DNA of 63,891 nt, the filler included, from Choristocarpus tenellus KU-1152 (taxonomy: Eukaryota; Protista; Phaeophyceae): NCBI GenBank assembly GCA_964200185.2. It is 11 parts of 11 records of this genome, joined end to end, with 100 filler letters (N's around TTAATTAATTAA, not from the genome) between each part and the next. Parts side by side here need not be neighbours in the genome. Positions count along the whole stretch, not along the records: positions 25,183 to 30,922 come from CAXNAD020009871.1; positions 31,023 to 37,907 come from CAXNAD020007143.1; positions 38,008 to 44,767 come from CAXNAD020007410.1; 8 more parts are not named here. One strand, 5' to 3'. The translations under genes and the position numbers were made by a program. Shown piece after piece: positions 25,426-38,449 of this stretch. The stretch's first letter is position 1. Every line of letters starts with the position of its first letter. The notes beneath the pieces were generated by a model. It was given only the letters and a program-made list of their open reading frames with translations, was not told where the DNA came from and did not search any database.

Positions 25426-26039
25426 ACTTCAGAGTGTATATTTTATGTCTGTTAAAGAAGCTGCTGTTTCCAGGGCTTATTGTGGATATAATAAATGAAT
25501 TGATTAGGGTTGACAGGACGTAGATGAAGTAAGGAAGGAGAAAGGAAGAGTGGGCCTTCAAGCCCACGTGGGGTTCCCTTATCACCAAATCAATCCTATT
25601 CTGGGGGTCACTAATCGTTGATCAGCAATCAATCACCACAGATTACCTCCTACAACGATTTCTACTCCTTAACTCTTCCATAGTCTAGTTCAATAACCCA
25701 TTCTCATATCCTACTCTTCAGAACACAAACTTCTCTTCCATCAACTGATTGTTTCTCACAGTATATACTTCTGATTAGTACTTGGTTTTGTCCGAATGTA
25801 ACTTATATTTTGGGTCAGAGGAAGTGATACTATTACAGAAGAACTGAAAGCACGTTCTTGACACACTCCCCTCTTTTAACCTTCTGGTTAAAAGTAATAC
25901 CTCAATACCTCTTAAACATATCACCAACACAATAAAACAGTCCCATTTAATTCTACGCATAACAACGCTAGAATGCCTATTGAAATATTCCTTTGGCAGA
26001 TCTTTTGTAAAAGAGAAAGCCATGAAGAAATCTGGGTCT

Positions 26040-26610
26040 TGTGAGTGGGAGAGTTCCCAGTGGTAGATATGTACGATATGCTAACGTTTGACAGTAGAAG
26101 AACAAAAAGAAACCCAGTCAGCCAACTTATCTGACCCCCCAACGTCAACGACCTGGGATTCTTTCATTCCATCCAGCAACTGAAGCAAGAAGTGGGGGTG
26201 ACCAACACAGAGGAGCTTGTGGAAGCCACCATGATGGCGTTCGATGTGTACCCCTGGGAGACACTAGAGTGCATCTGGCAGAGCCTCTTCACAGTCTATG
26301 GTGAAGCGCTGGGGTTCAAAGGTGACAGCATCTTCAATATTGCCCATCTTAGCAAGGAAAAGGCTGAGAAGGCGGGCAACCTCCCCCTGATGCCCCTGTG
26401 GGTGCGATGAAATACCGTACTGGAATAGAGTTTTGGAGGGCTTCGGTAGCAGAATCATAGATAGGTGTAGGATGCCCCATTTTGCTTGAGAATTTGGTGG
26501 GAAATATTTTAGTGTCTCTGCACAATACACCCATAAATGTGAACATGTGAAAAACTTCTTCATCGGGGCTGCAAAAGATATGTTACACTTAATTCCGAAC
26601 GGAGGAAGTA
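26040..26610 (+). mobile_element. Tc1/mariner (plant-mariner DD39D-like) transposon 3' fragment with right TIR and TA
   Basis: Reads NVNDLGFFHSIQQLKQEVGVTNTEELVEATMMAFDVYPWETLECIWQSL...KGD...NIAHLSKEK, which matches the SPDLNV.DLGFF motif of DD39D mariners. Terminus ccgaacggaggaag|ta resembles the Stowaway-type TIR (ctccctccgtt in reverse). Confidence 0.82.
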
Positions 26611-26699
26611 TTCGTTAATGAGAATATCTAAATGCCTAGGCCAAAACATAGAACCAGATAAAGCACCTGGCTAGCCCGACAGTTTTCATCAAACTAGGT

Positions 26700-29200
26700 G
26701 GCAGTCACTTGTTGCGGATTCATCTCCCACAAAATCCATGACCTTCCAAGGTATCCCTAGCTGTGCTCATGAAACAACAAGCACCTTCATCAGTGTCCAC
26801 TCTCAGGAGACTAATTGTTGCATCACCATTCTATCCTTCCAATCTCCATCCCCAGAGTTGATCTCCCTGTAGTCCACCCTGGGTTTCTCTCTCAGTCTGG
26901 CAGATTGATATTACTGATGGCTAGTAGAGTCTCATGCGATATTCACAGGTTTGTGAGCTGGTAGTGCCCCTGGCAAATCATTCATTGGTCTGCAACTAGA
27001 ACCTGTATCAGGGCATCCATCCAGGTCCTCATCAGAATAGCTTCCTTCACCGTCAGATTGTAAGATGGTGCCTCTCTCTCCAACAAAGTCCATTGTACAT
27101 GTGTCCGATTTGAACGTCACCATGACAGAATTAACTGGTTTGGTCTCTTGACAAAACCACATATGCCAACTCAGGGATGTCCAGTTATGTTTCACTAAAA
27201 TCTCGCGCTTTGTGTAAGGATGGAACTTTGAAGTGACTCCTCTCTGTTGCTTCTTGTGGTGTATAGATCACTTACTCCCCCAGACTCAAAGCCGGTCATA
27301 GTTAAATGCTTTACTTCTCAAGTGCTCGTGTGATTTTTCGCTGCCAAGGTACTAGTGCGAATTTTCCCTGTCTTGAAGTTTACATCTGCAAGTGCGAAGA
27401 ACCAATACTTGTGTCCCAGGCCAGGTGTCACTAGCTAGCTCTTAGCAGCCTCCACAAGCTTCCTTGCAGAGTGCTCTGCAATCACATTGCTTTGGGGTGT
27501 TCACGGAGGTGACTTCATCTAATTCTGTAGTCAGCTAACACCCCTTGGAATGTATATGACTTCCCAAGTTCACCAACTCCATTCCCACTGATATACTCTA
27601 CTGCGACTCCTTCCTGAGCCACAACGCCAATGCAAGCAGCTCTGGTCTCAGTTGCCACATTGTGAGAACTCATGACGTACACTCATTTATCCCTACTACC
27701 TGGAAGTACCTCATCTCCTTGATGTCCTCATCGAAGGGGTTCACCAAGTCTGTGTGTTCAACTTCACCAAACCCCTTGTGGCTCAATCCCTCCCTTGAAT
27801 GGCCAAGCGCCTCCGCTTCGCACTCCCTCCAGCCCTGGCAGCATATCAGCAGCCACAGTAGCATTGGTGATTTCCAGTAGAGAACGGATCCCCAGATGCT
27901 TCATGACTGAGCGATTGATGAATCCCAAAATGTTGCGCTAGCCATAGAGTTTCATCTTTTATCTTTTGGTAGCGTATGTGGCCTCTACCCTCGCCTTCAA
28001 ACCTTCCTTTGTCTTACCTATATAGTTCATTGTACATCTAATGACTTCCCCAAGCTTCTTCAATAAAGTCCCAGAATCTAAAAGTTCTCCATCTCATTGC
28101 AGAGTCCCAGCAGTCAAGATGCAGCAGGGAAGTCCAGGAACCCAAAGTAAATAACCAAATACCACCCTTGTAGTCTCTCCATTCTTGGCTGGTGTCGGTA
28201 GAAGCAAATCTCCAGCTTCCTCAGCCTTCAACGTGCCCCTCTTACCAAAAGTACAGGTGTGCTCAGCTGTCTTGTTGCCAACCAAGTCTTCTCGTTAGGG
28301 ATCAATGTATACCCTGGCTCCAGAGCCACACAGGGTGTTGACCTTCTTGTCCCCTGTGGATCTGAGCAATACACGCTCATCCCAATTATCCTCATCCACC
28401 AACACATCAAAGTTGCAAAGAATCGCACTTGACCATTGTAGTCCCACTTCTCCTGTTGTTGTCATCTGCCTGAACTGGATGTGCTTGAGTTTGTAGGAGG
28501 CAGAGGGAACCCTTGTGCAGGCACCACACCCTTTGGGTGCTCTACTACCAAGTTATCGGATAAGTATGAAAAAAGTCCCACCAAAGATGGTTCCATTTTA
28601 GACAGAAATCACATTGGTTGGGTTCAGGGCAATTTCCATCTGTACCCCTGTCGCCCACAGTACCACTAATATCCATCGCCCCACCTTTCCTGTCATGATT
28701 GGAGTGTAGGCAGGTGGTTGAGCAGATAACTGTCCATTAGGCTTCATCATACATGATATTTGGGTGCATAATCAGCTGGGCAAAAACATGTGGAATGACT
28801 TCCTTCTCCAAGTAGCATTGATGCTCTCTTCATGTCCGACTTTGGCTCCTCCAGTTCCTCGGATTCAGCGAATCATCGCACTAGGCTTACTATGATTTTG
28901 ATGCTGCCTCGGGTGGCTAGAGAATCTAACTCCTGAAGTTTCGCTTCCAGCCTAATCAATGGTACGCGGGGTCTTCTTCCTCTGCTCGTCCGCCGTATAC
29001 TCCCTCCAGTCCCAACCATGTCCCTCTTTCGTCCAGTAGTCCTCATTCTCCTACGTACGTACCAGAGTTGCCGCAACCCCTTTGTTGCTCAGACGAGCAG
29101 AAACCGTAACAGTTCATTCTCCCGGATGTGCGCGTTTTATGCTGCATGCCCTGCCAGCTCAATTAATGTGGGGGATCACGTATCTCGTTTTCGTGAGGCT
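26700..29200 (-). mobile_element. Degenerate Ty1/copia gag-pol remnant (gag, protease, GAG-pre-integrase, integrase)
   Basis: In copia order on the minus strand, with many stops: LCGSGA (protease DSGA-like, about 28320), NILGFIN (about 27930), C..C and FGEVEHTDL.NPF (about 27750), SPP*TPQSN.IAE..ARKLVEAAK...GLGHKYW (about 27500), FNYDRL*VWGS and KFHPYTKREILVKH (about 27200). Boundaries are approximate. Confidence 0.8.
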
Positions 29201-30554
29201 ATGTAGTCCCCGTCCCTTATCACTGACATTCTCCAGGTTGATGACTACATGCACCTGCCAGTTCCACTCGTCCACACAAACAGCTTTTTCAGGTCATTGT
29301 CCATGTTTGTTGGACTCACAATGGTGTGCAGGTATACTCCGTAGACTGCTTCGTGTAAAAAGTAGTGAATGCCCGACCAGAATAGAAGTCACAAGAATAG
29401 AGGAGAGGGGAGCCGCAAACTATCCCCTTCACGAAACATGATTGATGGAAAAAACGAGATAATGTCCTCGTGGGTTGGCTCTCATCTTGTGTCTTTATTA
29501 TTGTTCTACCAAAGAATTCCTTGATCATCAGAAAAGATGTATTGATCACACAGAAAATATACCACTACCGAGACTATTACATCAGAAAAGCCTCACTGAA
29601 ATCCAATCAATCATCACCCAACTGTACAGAAAAGTCCTATTATTCTGCACAAGCACTTCTACCCATTTCCAACAGTCTATCACCATCTTTTTCATACAAA
29701 ATACACATTCTATTACATAGTGAACTGTGCTGAGCAGAGGACGATTGGCTGTATCTGTGATGTATACCGAGTCAAAATAGTCACCTTCAAATTCCTCTTC
29801 AACACCCTCCCTTCCTCTTCCCACACCAGACACACATACACCATGTACACAAGGGGCTGTGGGACACATAAATGCTTGCAACAGCTCTAGCAATACCATA
29901 ATCAGGTCGAGAGAAGGGCGGGGGTGGGCAAGGGGTGCCTGGGGGGGGAGGGTGCACGATAAATCCTTTAACATTGTCTCCTTGATTCCCTTCCATCCCT
30001 ACGGTACAACTAGCCCCACACCAAGAACTGCCAACACCCAATCAATGTAAGTTGTTGGGAACATCGAAACCTCTTTCAGCACTCAACAGGAGGTGCAGAG
30101 TCATTACCAAACACTCTGGGCTGTGGTAGGGATTGAGAAGAAAAGAGATATGTGATTATGTAAAGTGCGCTAATCCATCTCTTCAACAACCCAGAGTATT
30201 CCTGCGGGTTGCCCCCCGGAGGGGGGTCCCAGGTTTTGGCAATTGTTGACAAGAGTCAAAACAGGGCCCAACACTTCTTCGCCTGGCTACCTGGTGAAGT
30301 AGACAATGTATGTCATTGGAAGTGAGCAACAAAAAAAACAGCCCATAACAACAAAAAATGGAAGAAATGCAAAGAGGACAGAGCACATGGTGAACAAGGA
30401 CCTGTGAGTCGTGGCTGCAAGTGGAACATAGAGATGGGACAACAAGAGGGATGGATAGCTGGGGCAGGGAATGTGTGCTATAGGGCAGCCAAATGCAGCT
30501 ACAAAGAACCAGAACGTAGAGTTGCAAAAAAGGTGTTATGACTATACACAGAAA

Positions 30555-30587
<33 letters not shown>

Positions 30588-30922
30588 TATCGGGAGAAGT
30601 AGACTATAATGTGTCAAACATCGAGAAAACCACTGTTCCACCGGGAAAAGACAGTCGCGCAACTAAAACCATAGGCTGTGGGATCAAATCCCGGGTGACA
30701 CCGATTTCCCAACTCCCTACAGCATGAGGATAAACAGACAAGTCTGCGGTCCTGAGATGGTTGAAAGGTGAAACACGAAGATTGAGATGACCATTCAGGG
30801 ATAGCGCGCAATCCATGGGGTGATGGCCCACGGATTATGCTGGGTTAGCTCCCCAGTCTCTGATTTGTCAAATCATGGAGATACCACTGTCACTGTTCCA
30901 CTGGGGCAGGTAGTCGAGCGAC

Positions 30923-31022
30923 NNNNNNNNNNNNNNNNNNNNNNNNNNNNNNNNNNNNNNNNNNNNTTAATTAATTAANNNNNNNNNNNNNNNNNNNNNN
31001 NNNNNNNNNNNNNNNNNNNNNN
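30923..31022. other. Artificial contig linker
   Basis: N44-TTAATTAATTAA-N44. Confidence 0.98.
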
Positions 31023-31091
31023 ATCAAAATCGCAACATTGGATTTTGGCCCCCAAATGGACGCGGCACTACCCTCTAAGATACTTTGACTC
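31023..31091 (+). mobile_element. MITE family B right end at contig start
   Basis: atcaaaatcgcaacattggattttggcccccaaatggacgcggcactaccctctaagatactttgactc. Confidence 0.9.
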
Positions 31092-31924
31092 ATTAGTTAT
31101 GGGCATACCCATGTGAAATGTTTATAAATAAAACTATTCTGAGATACAGAGGAATGGAATCAGACTCTGCGTAAGGAGAAAACCAACAAATCGGGTTTCC
31201 TCTTGTTCATCAAGATATGATTCCTCCCCGGCACCAGTGAACTGCATTTCCTCGCTGTATTGTTCACTCACTACGTGTTCACTACCTTGGCTTTGATTTT
31301 TTAATCGTGTCCTGAGAAACTGTTCCAGTTGAAAGGGAAGTTGAAGTTACCTTGCCAAATTTAGAGACTGGTACGTTGAGCATTCGCCGATGCCTCTCTT
31401 GCGGGCACTGGTCCACCTTTCTTGTTTGATTCATGCAACACCACCTCTGTGTTTCATTTACTCTTCTCCTTCCTAATCAGGATCATTCATATCTCGGTCA
31501 GGCCCCCAAGCACTGCTACGGGCGTGGCGTGGGTCTGGTGGGGTTGTGGGGTCAGGAGCAGGATGTGTGGAACACGAGGGGAGAGCACCAACAGGAAGAC
31601 AGGCAACTGCACAGTCAGGTGTGTCTGTTTGACAGAGGAGGGTATATCCCTATTATTAGCTTCAGTCTTCCCTTGTTTGCGGTGATTTAGTAACATTTCC
31701 TGTTAGGAATTGGAGACTTGAATGAAGGTCACATCACCCTTCATGCGGATTAAAATAAATACTGCATGTATGTGTCAAACTTAGGTAACTCTCCCTCAGT
31801 CCCATAGGTCTGGGCCGTTAAGTTGTACCTCGTCGGAGTGACCTCCGATTACAAAACAGACTTTTGCGTTGGGTTCCTTGAAATATTTTACGTTAAGAAA
31901 TACATTTCAAGGAATTATACAACG

Positions 31925-32848
31925 GGGTCTGTTCTGAGATAGTTCCAAAAGAATGGAACACAAAATTGAGTATAGTATTACTCCCTCTGTGCCATCCGTA
32001 ACTCTGTATGTTATGTTTTTTGTTAATAACGTTTTCAAATGGGAGATCATGTTTTTTGTGAAACTGCAAACAATATCGTTCGATAACCAACAACTTCGTC
32101 TTGTGCATAGATATCTCCGAGATATTTTTTCAGTTGGAAATCGTTGAGAAGCCCTCTTCTGAACACAAACACATTTTTTCGGCCAAAAATGGCAGTTTAC
32201 CAAAAACAATAAAATCGGCCAAAAATGGCTGGAAATAATGATTAATCGACCATAATGTCTCAACGAGACCTCCGATGAAGACCGGGTTAGTTGCTTTGGA
32301 TTCCTCGGCGTTTTTTCATGAAGTGGGTTTCTCGTCACTCTCATTCCCTCCCTCAATCCACCAAGTTGTGGTCGCGTTGTACACGTCTCTGTCAATGGGG
32401 ATAAAGTTATCCAGAACACCCTCAGGAGAAAATGAGAGTGACGAGTACTTAATTTAATGCAAAAACGCCAAGGAATCCAACCCAACCAACCACGTCTTCT
32501 TTGGAGTTGTCGTTGAGACGTTATGGCCGATTAACCACCATTTCCAACCAGTTTTGGTCTTTTTTTCTGTTTTTGCGAAATCTGCCATTTCCGAAAAAAA
32601 ACGTTTGTGTTGAGACGCTGGTCTCTCAACGATTTCGAGATGGAAAAATATTTTGAAGACATCTATATACAACACGGAGTTCTTGGCTATCAAACGATAT
32701 TATTTGGAGTTTCTGAATCTCCCATTTGAAAACGTTGTTCACAAGACACCATAACGACCAAGACCTGTGAGAAAGAGGAAGAATATTATATACTACATGT
32801 AAGTTCTGTGTGCTTAATTCGAATACTTAGAGCACAATTCCCTTGGGC
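31925..32848. mobile_element. Foldback element with about 420-bp imperfect inverted arms and an 85-bp spacer
   Basis: Collinear reverse-complement blocks: aacgttttcaaatgggagat / atctcccatttgaaaacgtt, aaatcgttgaga / tctcaacgattt, tctcaacga / tcgttgaga, ttggattcctcggcgtttt / aaaacgccaaggaatccaa, ctcgtcactctcatt / aatgagagtgacgag. Outer limits are approximate. Confidence 0.8.
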
Positions 32849-34169
32849 ATTGCTGGTAAGCAGTGGTGTATGGGATTCGAGGGGATAGATTACATCATGC
32901 TCATTTGTACTTCTTTCACCTGACACAAGAGGATGTTTACACACTCTTCCACAAACTACTGTCAAGAGTGTGTTGGGTGGGGATTATATCTCGAGCATTA
33001 CAGTTCTAGCACTGTTGAAGGTTTACAGTCCATCGATTCACACCGTTTTTATTGCAAAAGCCTAGTGTATCACAAAGTGCCAACTCAAACATGAGGTGAT
33101 TTTGAGGAGATCACCTCATGAAAGATTGAAGTTTTGATTTTCTTCTAGGTGGTATGTTTTTTTTCTTAGGAATAGAAATAATCTACCTACGGATTGCAGG
33201 GTGGGGTTGTGGTCAGAGAAGGCAATTAATATAGTGCAAGGAATTGCCAAGGGGGCACAAGGATTACTCTTAATAATGGAACCACCTGAACGTCAAAGAC
33301 TTGGCACAACACTGCAACGCAGTCTGTGTACGAAGAGTCTGCACGCAATTACCTGACTTGACATCGTGTCAAGAAATCCTGACTTGACCGAATGTTTCTC
33401 CCCACCTTGCACACTGTGAACCATCTTCCCATGAACATGCTATTGCCTCTAAGGGGAAGATGGCAGTTCTCTCAAAAATTCGACCAGAATATGAAAGGAA
33501 CACCTCCTCTATCCAGTACTGGGGGTCTAAGGATGGGCCCGAGAATGTTGATAAGTCAGAGGAGGAGGTTGAGGAGGATGGAGATATCATTGGCGACTCT
33601 GATAGTGTCGGATTTGAGTCGCTTACAGACACCTCTTCAGTTCAATATTGGGCATCTGACGAAAAGTCTGAGGATGAGGAGGAATCTGACTAATAGGAAA
33701 AGGAGGTCGTGGGATATGATGCGGGGCAAGCAGCTGTTGATGGTATCATTAGCAGCATTTCCTATCATATAATCATACCACTCATCTGCCTTGGACTTTC
33801 TAATGGGCGGAAATAAGAATTTTCCCAGAGTGGTCCGCATTCTGTTTATAAAAGGGCGATATTTCTTACCCTGTGATGTGATGAAAAGAGGAGGCAGGAA
33901 GAGGAAAACGTCTTGTACTGTAAAGAGGGCCTATAATTACACTCCAGACAATGAGGGGAAGAAGTACAGAGGAAAACAACCATGGTGCAAATTACTCTGC
34001 AACGCCTGAGAGAAGAGGTCCACCACCACTCCCCTCTACTCCCCAATACCCACACAGATATATCTGTGTGCCAACTTGTTTATGAGGAGGATTGTAAGCT
34101 CAATCCTATTTTGCGTACTGTTCTTAGATTTCAGGTTTTGCATTGATTGGGCTTGAGAGTGAATACATA

Positions 34170-34235
34170 GGGCCAGGTAAGGTAGGTTAGGGTAGGTTAG
34201 GTTAGGGTAGGATAGGGTAGGGTCGGGTAGGGCAG
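34170..34235. repeat. Degenerate telomere-like (TAGGG/TTAGG)n tract
   Basis: ggtaaggtaggttagggtaggttaggttagggtaggatagggtagggtcgggtaggg. Confidence 0.8.
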
Positions 34236-36593
34236 TACAGGATAAGTCATCTGACTAGCTGCCAACCAACTGGACACCTGCACAATATGTGCACTCCATA
34301 ACCGCCTTCTCACGCTGCAATCACATACAAATATTCGGTTCCCAGGAAAATACGTAGCCACATATGTAAGATATAAGAATTCTCGGTTAAGGTAAGATCA
34401 ATTTTGACGCACCATACATTATAATGTCTCCAAGGTATGGAACCCCCTGATTTTATTCTTTCTTGACTATAATATCCGAGTTTTTTTTTTTTCCAGTCTA
34501 CTGAAGGACAAGCACACAGAAAACATCTGCTCCTCATGCACGTGAGTGCATTTGCATCTTTTAAAGTGTAAAACCCATTATTCCATGAATATGTGTATAC
34601 CATCATCGCTGTTCAAGAAAGAATGTAGGAAGGGTGATTTCATGTAATGAACATCTTAGCCCACCAAAGGTCGTGTACCCACTTTCCTCAATGCTGCTCA
34701 TGGTCCTGCATCTAGATTATACTAAATACTTGATCTGTTTGTATATATTTTATTCATTATTATATCCTCTTCAAGGTTTACCCCACCAAGACTGGTAACG
34801 TTTGGGACCATAATCCAAGCAGACAATCTAGCAACGATGTCCATAGGCTAGGATATCCCCATTTTGGGACGCAGGGAGCCCCTCCTAGCTACTCCTTTTC
34901 ACTTGTGGTCACTCGAGTCAATTCCACAAATAAACAAGCCCTCTCTAACCTGCTGCGGAACCTAAGCTCCTGTTTTTCACAACAACCAAAGCGATCAAGA
35001 TTATCATTCTTATGTTACACTTCACTTCAAGCATAGTATCAAGGTCCTTCTGTGTGCAGGGAAACTCAACAGCAAACGTTGAAAAAAACTTATCCTGCCT
35101 CGGACTGGTCTTCTGCCACCCTTTCTGTACAACTTCTTGATCAAGTAGGGGTCCATAAATATCTTCAAGATGAAGCTTCCTAAATGGAGCTTCTGAGCTC
35201 CAATTTTTCAACACGATATTCTTAAAAGATTCATCCTTAACTGTGCAAGCAACACAAGAGATCATTATTGTTGGCAAATATCGTGTACGTTCCCCAGTTG
35301 AGGGTCCTGATATCCGAGTATATTGTGTCATTTGAAGGCCGTGTAGGTAAACTATGTGATGGAAATTTCTGGGACCGCCAGTAAAAGCCCACTCACTCTT
35401 CCTACATTTGTTTTGAGTTCCAACAGTGAAATGAACGCGTCACTCCAAGTAAAGGTTAAACAAAAAATGATGTCACTTCGAAAGTTCGTCAAACAATAAT
35501 GTTTCCACTAGGTGGGGAACTTATTGCTATGAAGCGAACTTCAATTTTAAATTGATCTCAAGACAGCATCAAATCCAGTATTAGGAAAAAGAAAGGAAGT
35601 ATTTATGTTGTTCTGGATAGCATCCATAGCAGCATCAAGAACGTCCTGCCAGCAATTTGATTGGTGGAACAACACAGTATTAACTAAGAAAAAATAAAAT
35701 ACCCCTCCTGGATATACAACGCATCACATTGTTGTTGAACAGTGGGTCTCAGAGAAACTGCAAGGGATAGGTAAGGCAAAATCCCCTCGTATTGCTATTG
35801 CTGAGTTAGTATGTACTTGGCATGTTTATGGTCAGTTCACTCCTGATAGGCGAACCCTTCTCCAATTCACAACTGATGGCTTCCAAAACTCTTTCCCCAC
35901 ACACAACACAAAATGTGACTCAAATCTGCTGATAGTTTTTTTGAGGAAAGGGTCTGGTCGACATTTTGAAATGCTCTTGAGCAATATCGTTCCATTTATC
36001 ACATGACCTTGGAAACAGACTATTATTAACGGAACTCCACTGCTGTACTCCGAAGTATTAATTGCAAGCTTGTTCACATACTCAGCAACACATTATCATG
36101 ATGAAAAAAATTACTTAAATCTATGTAGACAGAGGAAGTACTCTACTGAAACAACTGGAGGATATTCCTCGTTCCTGTCCCTTCCCGCCTATCCTTAACC
36201 CTAACCCCAATTCCGTTGTACACTTGCAAGTGACTAGCAAGGAAGGGAGACACCTCCTGAAAATTGACGCACTTCTCGACCTATTTAAGCTTGTCCTTCC
36301 CCGCCAAGATGGTATCAGTGACCCCCCTCACTCAGGTGCTCGTGATGCTACTGCTACACTCACAACGACAATGATTGCAAATGCGTGGGAAAACTCACAC
36401 ACAGGCAGAGTGGACACTGAGTGACAGCCAACATTCAACAATATGGACAACTTAATATGTTTTATCGTCATACCCTCATGCCTTAACAATTGTGGATACG
36501 TAAAATCTACGATAGAAGAACGGATAGAACTGAAATTATAGCAATTGTACTGTCTCTCCTCGCCAATTTTTAACGACTTGAGACTAAGTATAT

Positions 36594-36761
36594 GGCTCAA
36601 AGTATCTGGGGGGGTGACGACTGTCCATTTGGGTCCATTTTTTCATGTCTTGGTTTGGGGCGGATTTGGTTCCACACGTTGGATGGATATTGCACATTTC
36701 CTGGTTTTGGTCCAAATGGACACTCTGGTGTAGACCCCCCCCCCCCCAGATACTTTGGGTC
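36594..36761 (+). mobile_element. MITE family A complete copy
   Basis: ggctcaaagtatctggggggg ... cccccagatactttgggtc. Confidence 0.92.
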
Positions 36762-37907
36762 TATTAAAAAAGAAGAACCAACTGATTACTTGATGTTATA
36801 CGATACCGATAAATACGTGAGAGGGACCCAAAGAGGTGGTGCTCGTGGTGAGTTTTCGATTTTTCACGACTTTTTTTACAGCTAGGCATGCCCAACAACG
36901 TGGGCGAAAGTCAATACCGGTAAGTTTCAGGAACAACAGACTACTGAATGGACAGGTATGATTTGATCTTACACGGTATATATGTGAGAGAAACCCAAAC
37001 ATTGGGTAGGTCCCTTATGGGGAATAAATTGTGATCAATTCTTGGTAAAGCGTGGGGTTATCATAAAAGGAAAGTTGGATTCTTGTGAATGATTGTGGAG
37101 CACTAAGAGATATTCGAGCCCCAATGCATTATGTTTGGAGGAGGAAGAGTGGATAATTCAAGGCAGAAGTGCATGGAAGGAAGTAATGCTATTACTAGAC
37201 ACAAATAACATGATATTTTGGTCAAGCAGTAACGGAACACCGCTCGCGGAATTTTCCGCGTTTCCTTTGCGCATGATTGTAGGGTTGATTTTGTGTTGGG
37301 GTTGGGGTTACTGCGACTAATATCAAAATTTCAATGCCCACAAGATGTCAGATTGACTGACTGAATAGTTCAATGCCCAGTGCAGTTAGGGTAAGCGAAG
37401 GACCCTTTCCAGAATTTTAGAGTTTATTGTTCGAACTTGATCGTATGTGCAAAACGTCTTTCAGTTTGTGACACAATTTGTTATCCTATCTTTTTTGTCG
37501 GGATGGGGTGGGAGGGGGGATAGGGGGGTGGGTGTCTAACTAGAGTTCCGACTATCTGCAAGCTCTGTGGCATTGCTCTGGGAGCTGTGCTGTGAGAGCT
37601 CTAGCGCTCTACTCTGCCAGTGATGCCAAGACAGAGTGGATTGTACGTATATATACTGTTAATACTGGATACTGATAACAAGAAACATTTCAGACAAAAT
37701 TGTAAACATTATTTTTGAAAAGAAGCATCTGCTAGGGGTTAGTTCTTATTTACTTGTATTATTCATATGCATTTCATATATCCTGCGTAGAAAATACCGA
37801 ATGGAACTACGTACCAATCAAACTTAACCCCCCCCCCCCCCCCCCCCCCCAATTCCCCCCATAATTAAAATACCCCCATATCACTATGTGTTTACTTCTA
37901 TTACACA

Positions 37908-38007
37908 NNNNNNNNNNNNNNNNNNNNNNNNNNNNNNNNNNNNNNNNNNNNTTAATTAATTAANNNNNNNNNNNNNNNNNNNNNNNNNNNNNNNNNNNNN
38001 NNNNNNN
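37908..38007. other. Artificial contig linker
   Basis: N44-TTAATTAATTAA-N44. Confidence 0.98.
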
Positions 38008-38187
38008 GTTCAAAGTATCTGGGGGGGGGGGGTGCCGGCTGTCCATTTGGGGCCAATTTTGTCATGTCGCGATTTTTGGTTCATTTGTTTGCATACGTCG
38101 AATGGATAATGTAAGTGCACTTTTCCTGGTTTTGCCCCAATGGATGCCCTGGTGTAGACCGCCTTCCCCCCCCAGATACTTTGGGTC
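38008..38187 (+). mobile_element. MITE family A copy at contig start
   Basis: gttcaaagtatctgggggg ... cccccagatactttgggtc. Confidence 0.92.
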
Positions 38188-38199
38188 TCAGTTTTGTGT

Positions 38200-38449
38200 G
38201 AGTGAAAGTATCTTTGAGGGTACGAGTTTTGCCCTGATTGTCCATTTGGGGCTTGGCTTCCCATGGGTTTTTTTATGACATTTTCCTACTCCGAAATGTC
38301 TTGGAGTAGGTGAAATGTATACGTTATGAAAAGTTGTGCCCAGAACAAGGATATTGACACTTCCTAACAAACAACATAGCCAAAATTACATCAAAATCGC
38401 AACATTGGATTTTGGCCCCCCAAAAGGACACGGCTCTATCCTCTAAGAT
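38200..38449 (+). mobile_element. MITE family B copy, right TIR clipped
   Basis: gagtgaaagtatctttgagggta ... ggctctatcctctaagat; lies 12 bp from the A copy. Confidence 0.9.

Noticed and set aside
31979-36140. A 4.2-kb mariner bounded by tactccctctgt and acagaggaagta
   Set aside because: The match is only about 12 nt, the left motif lies inside the foldback arm, and I see no transposase between them.
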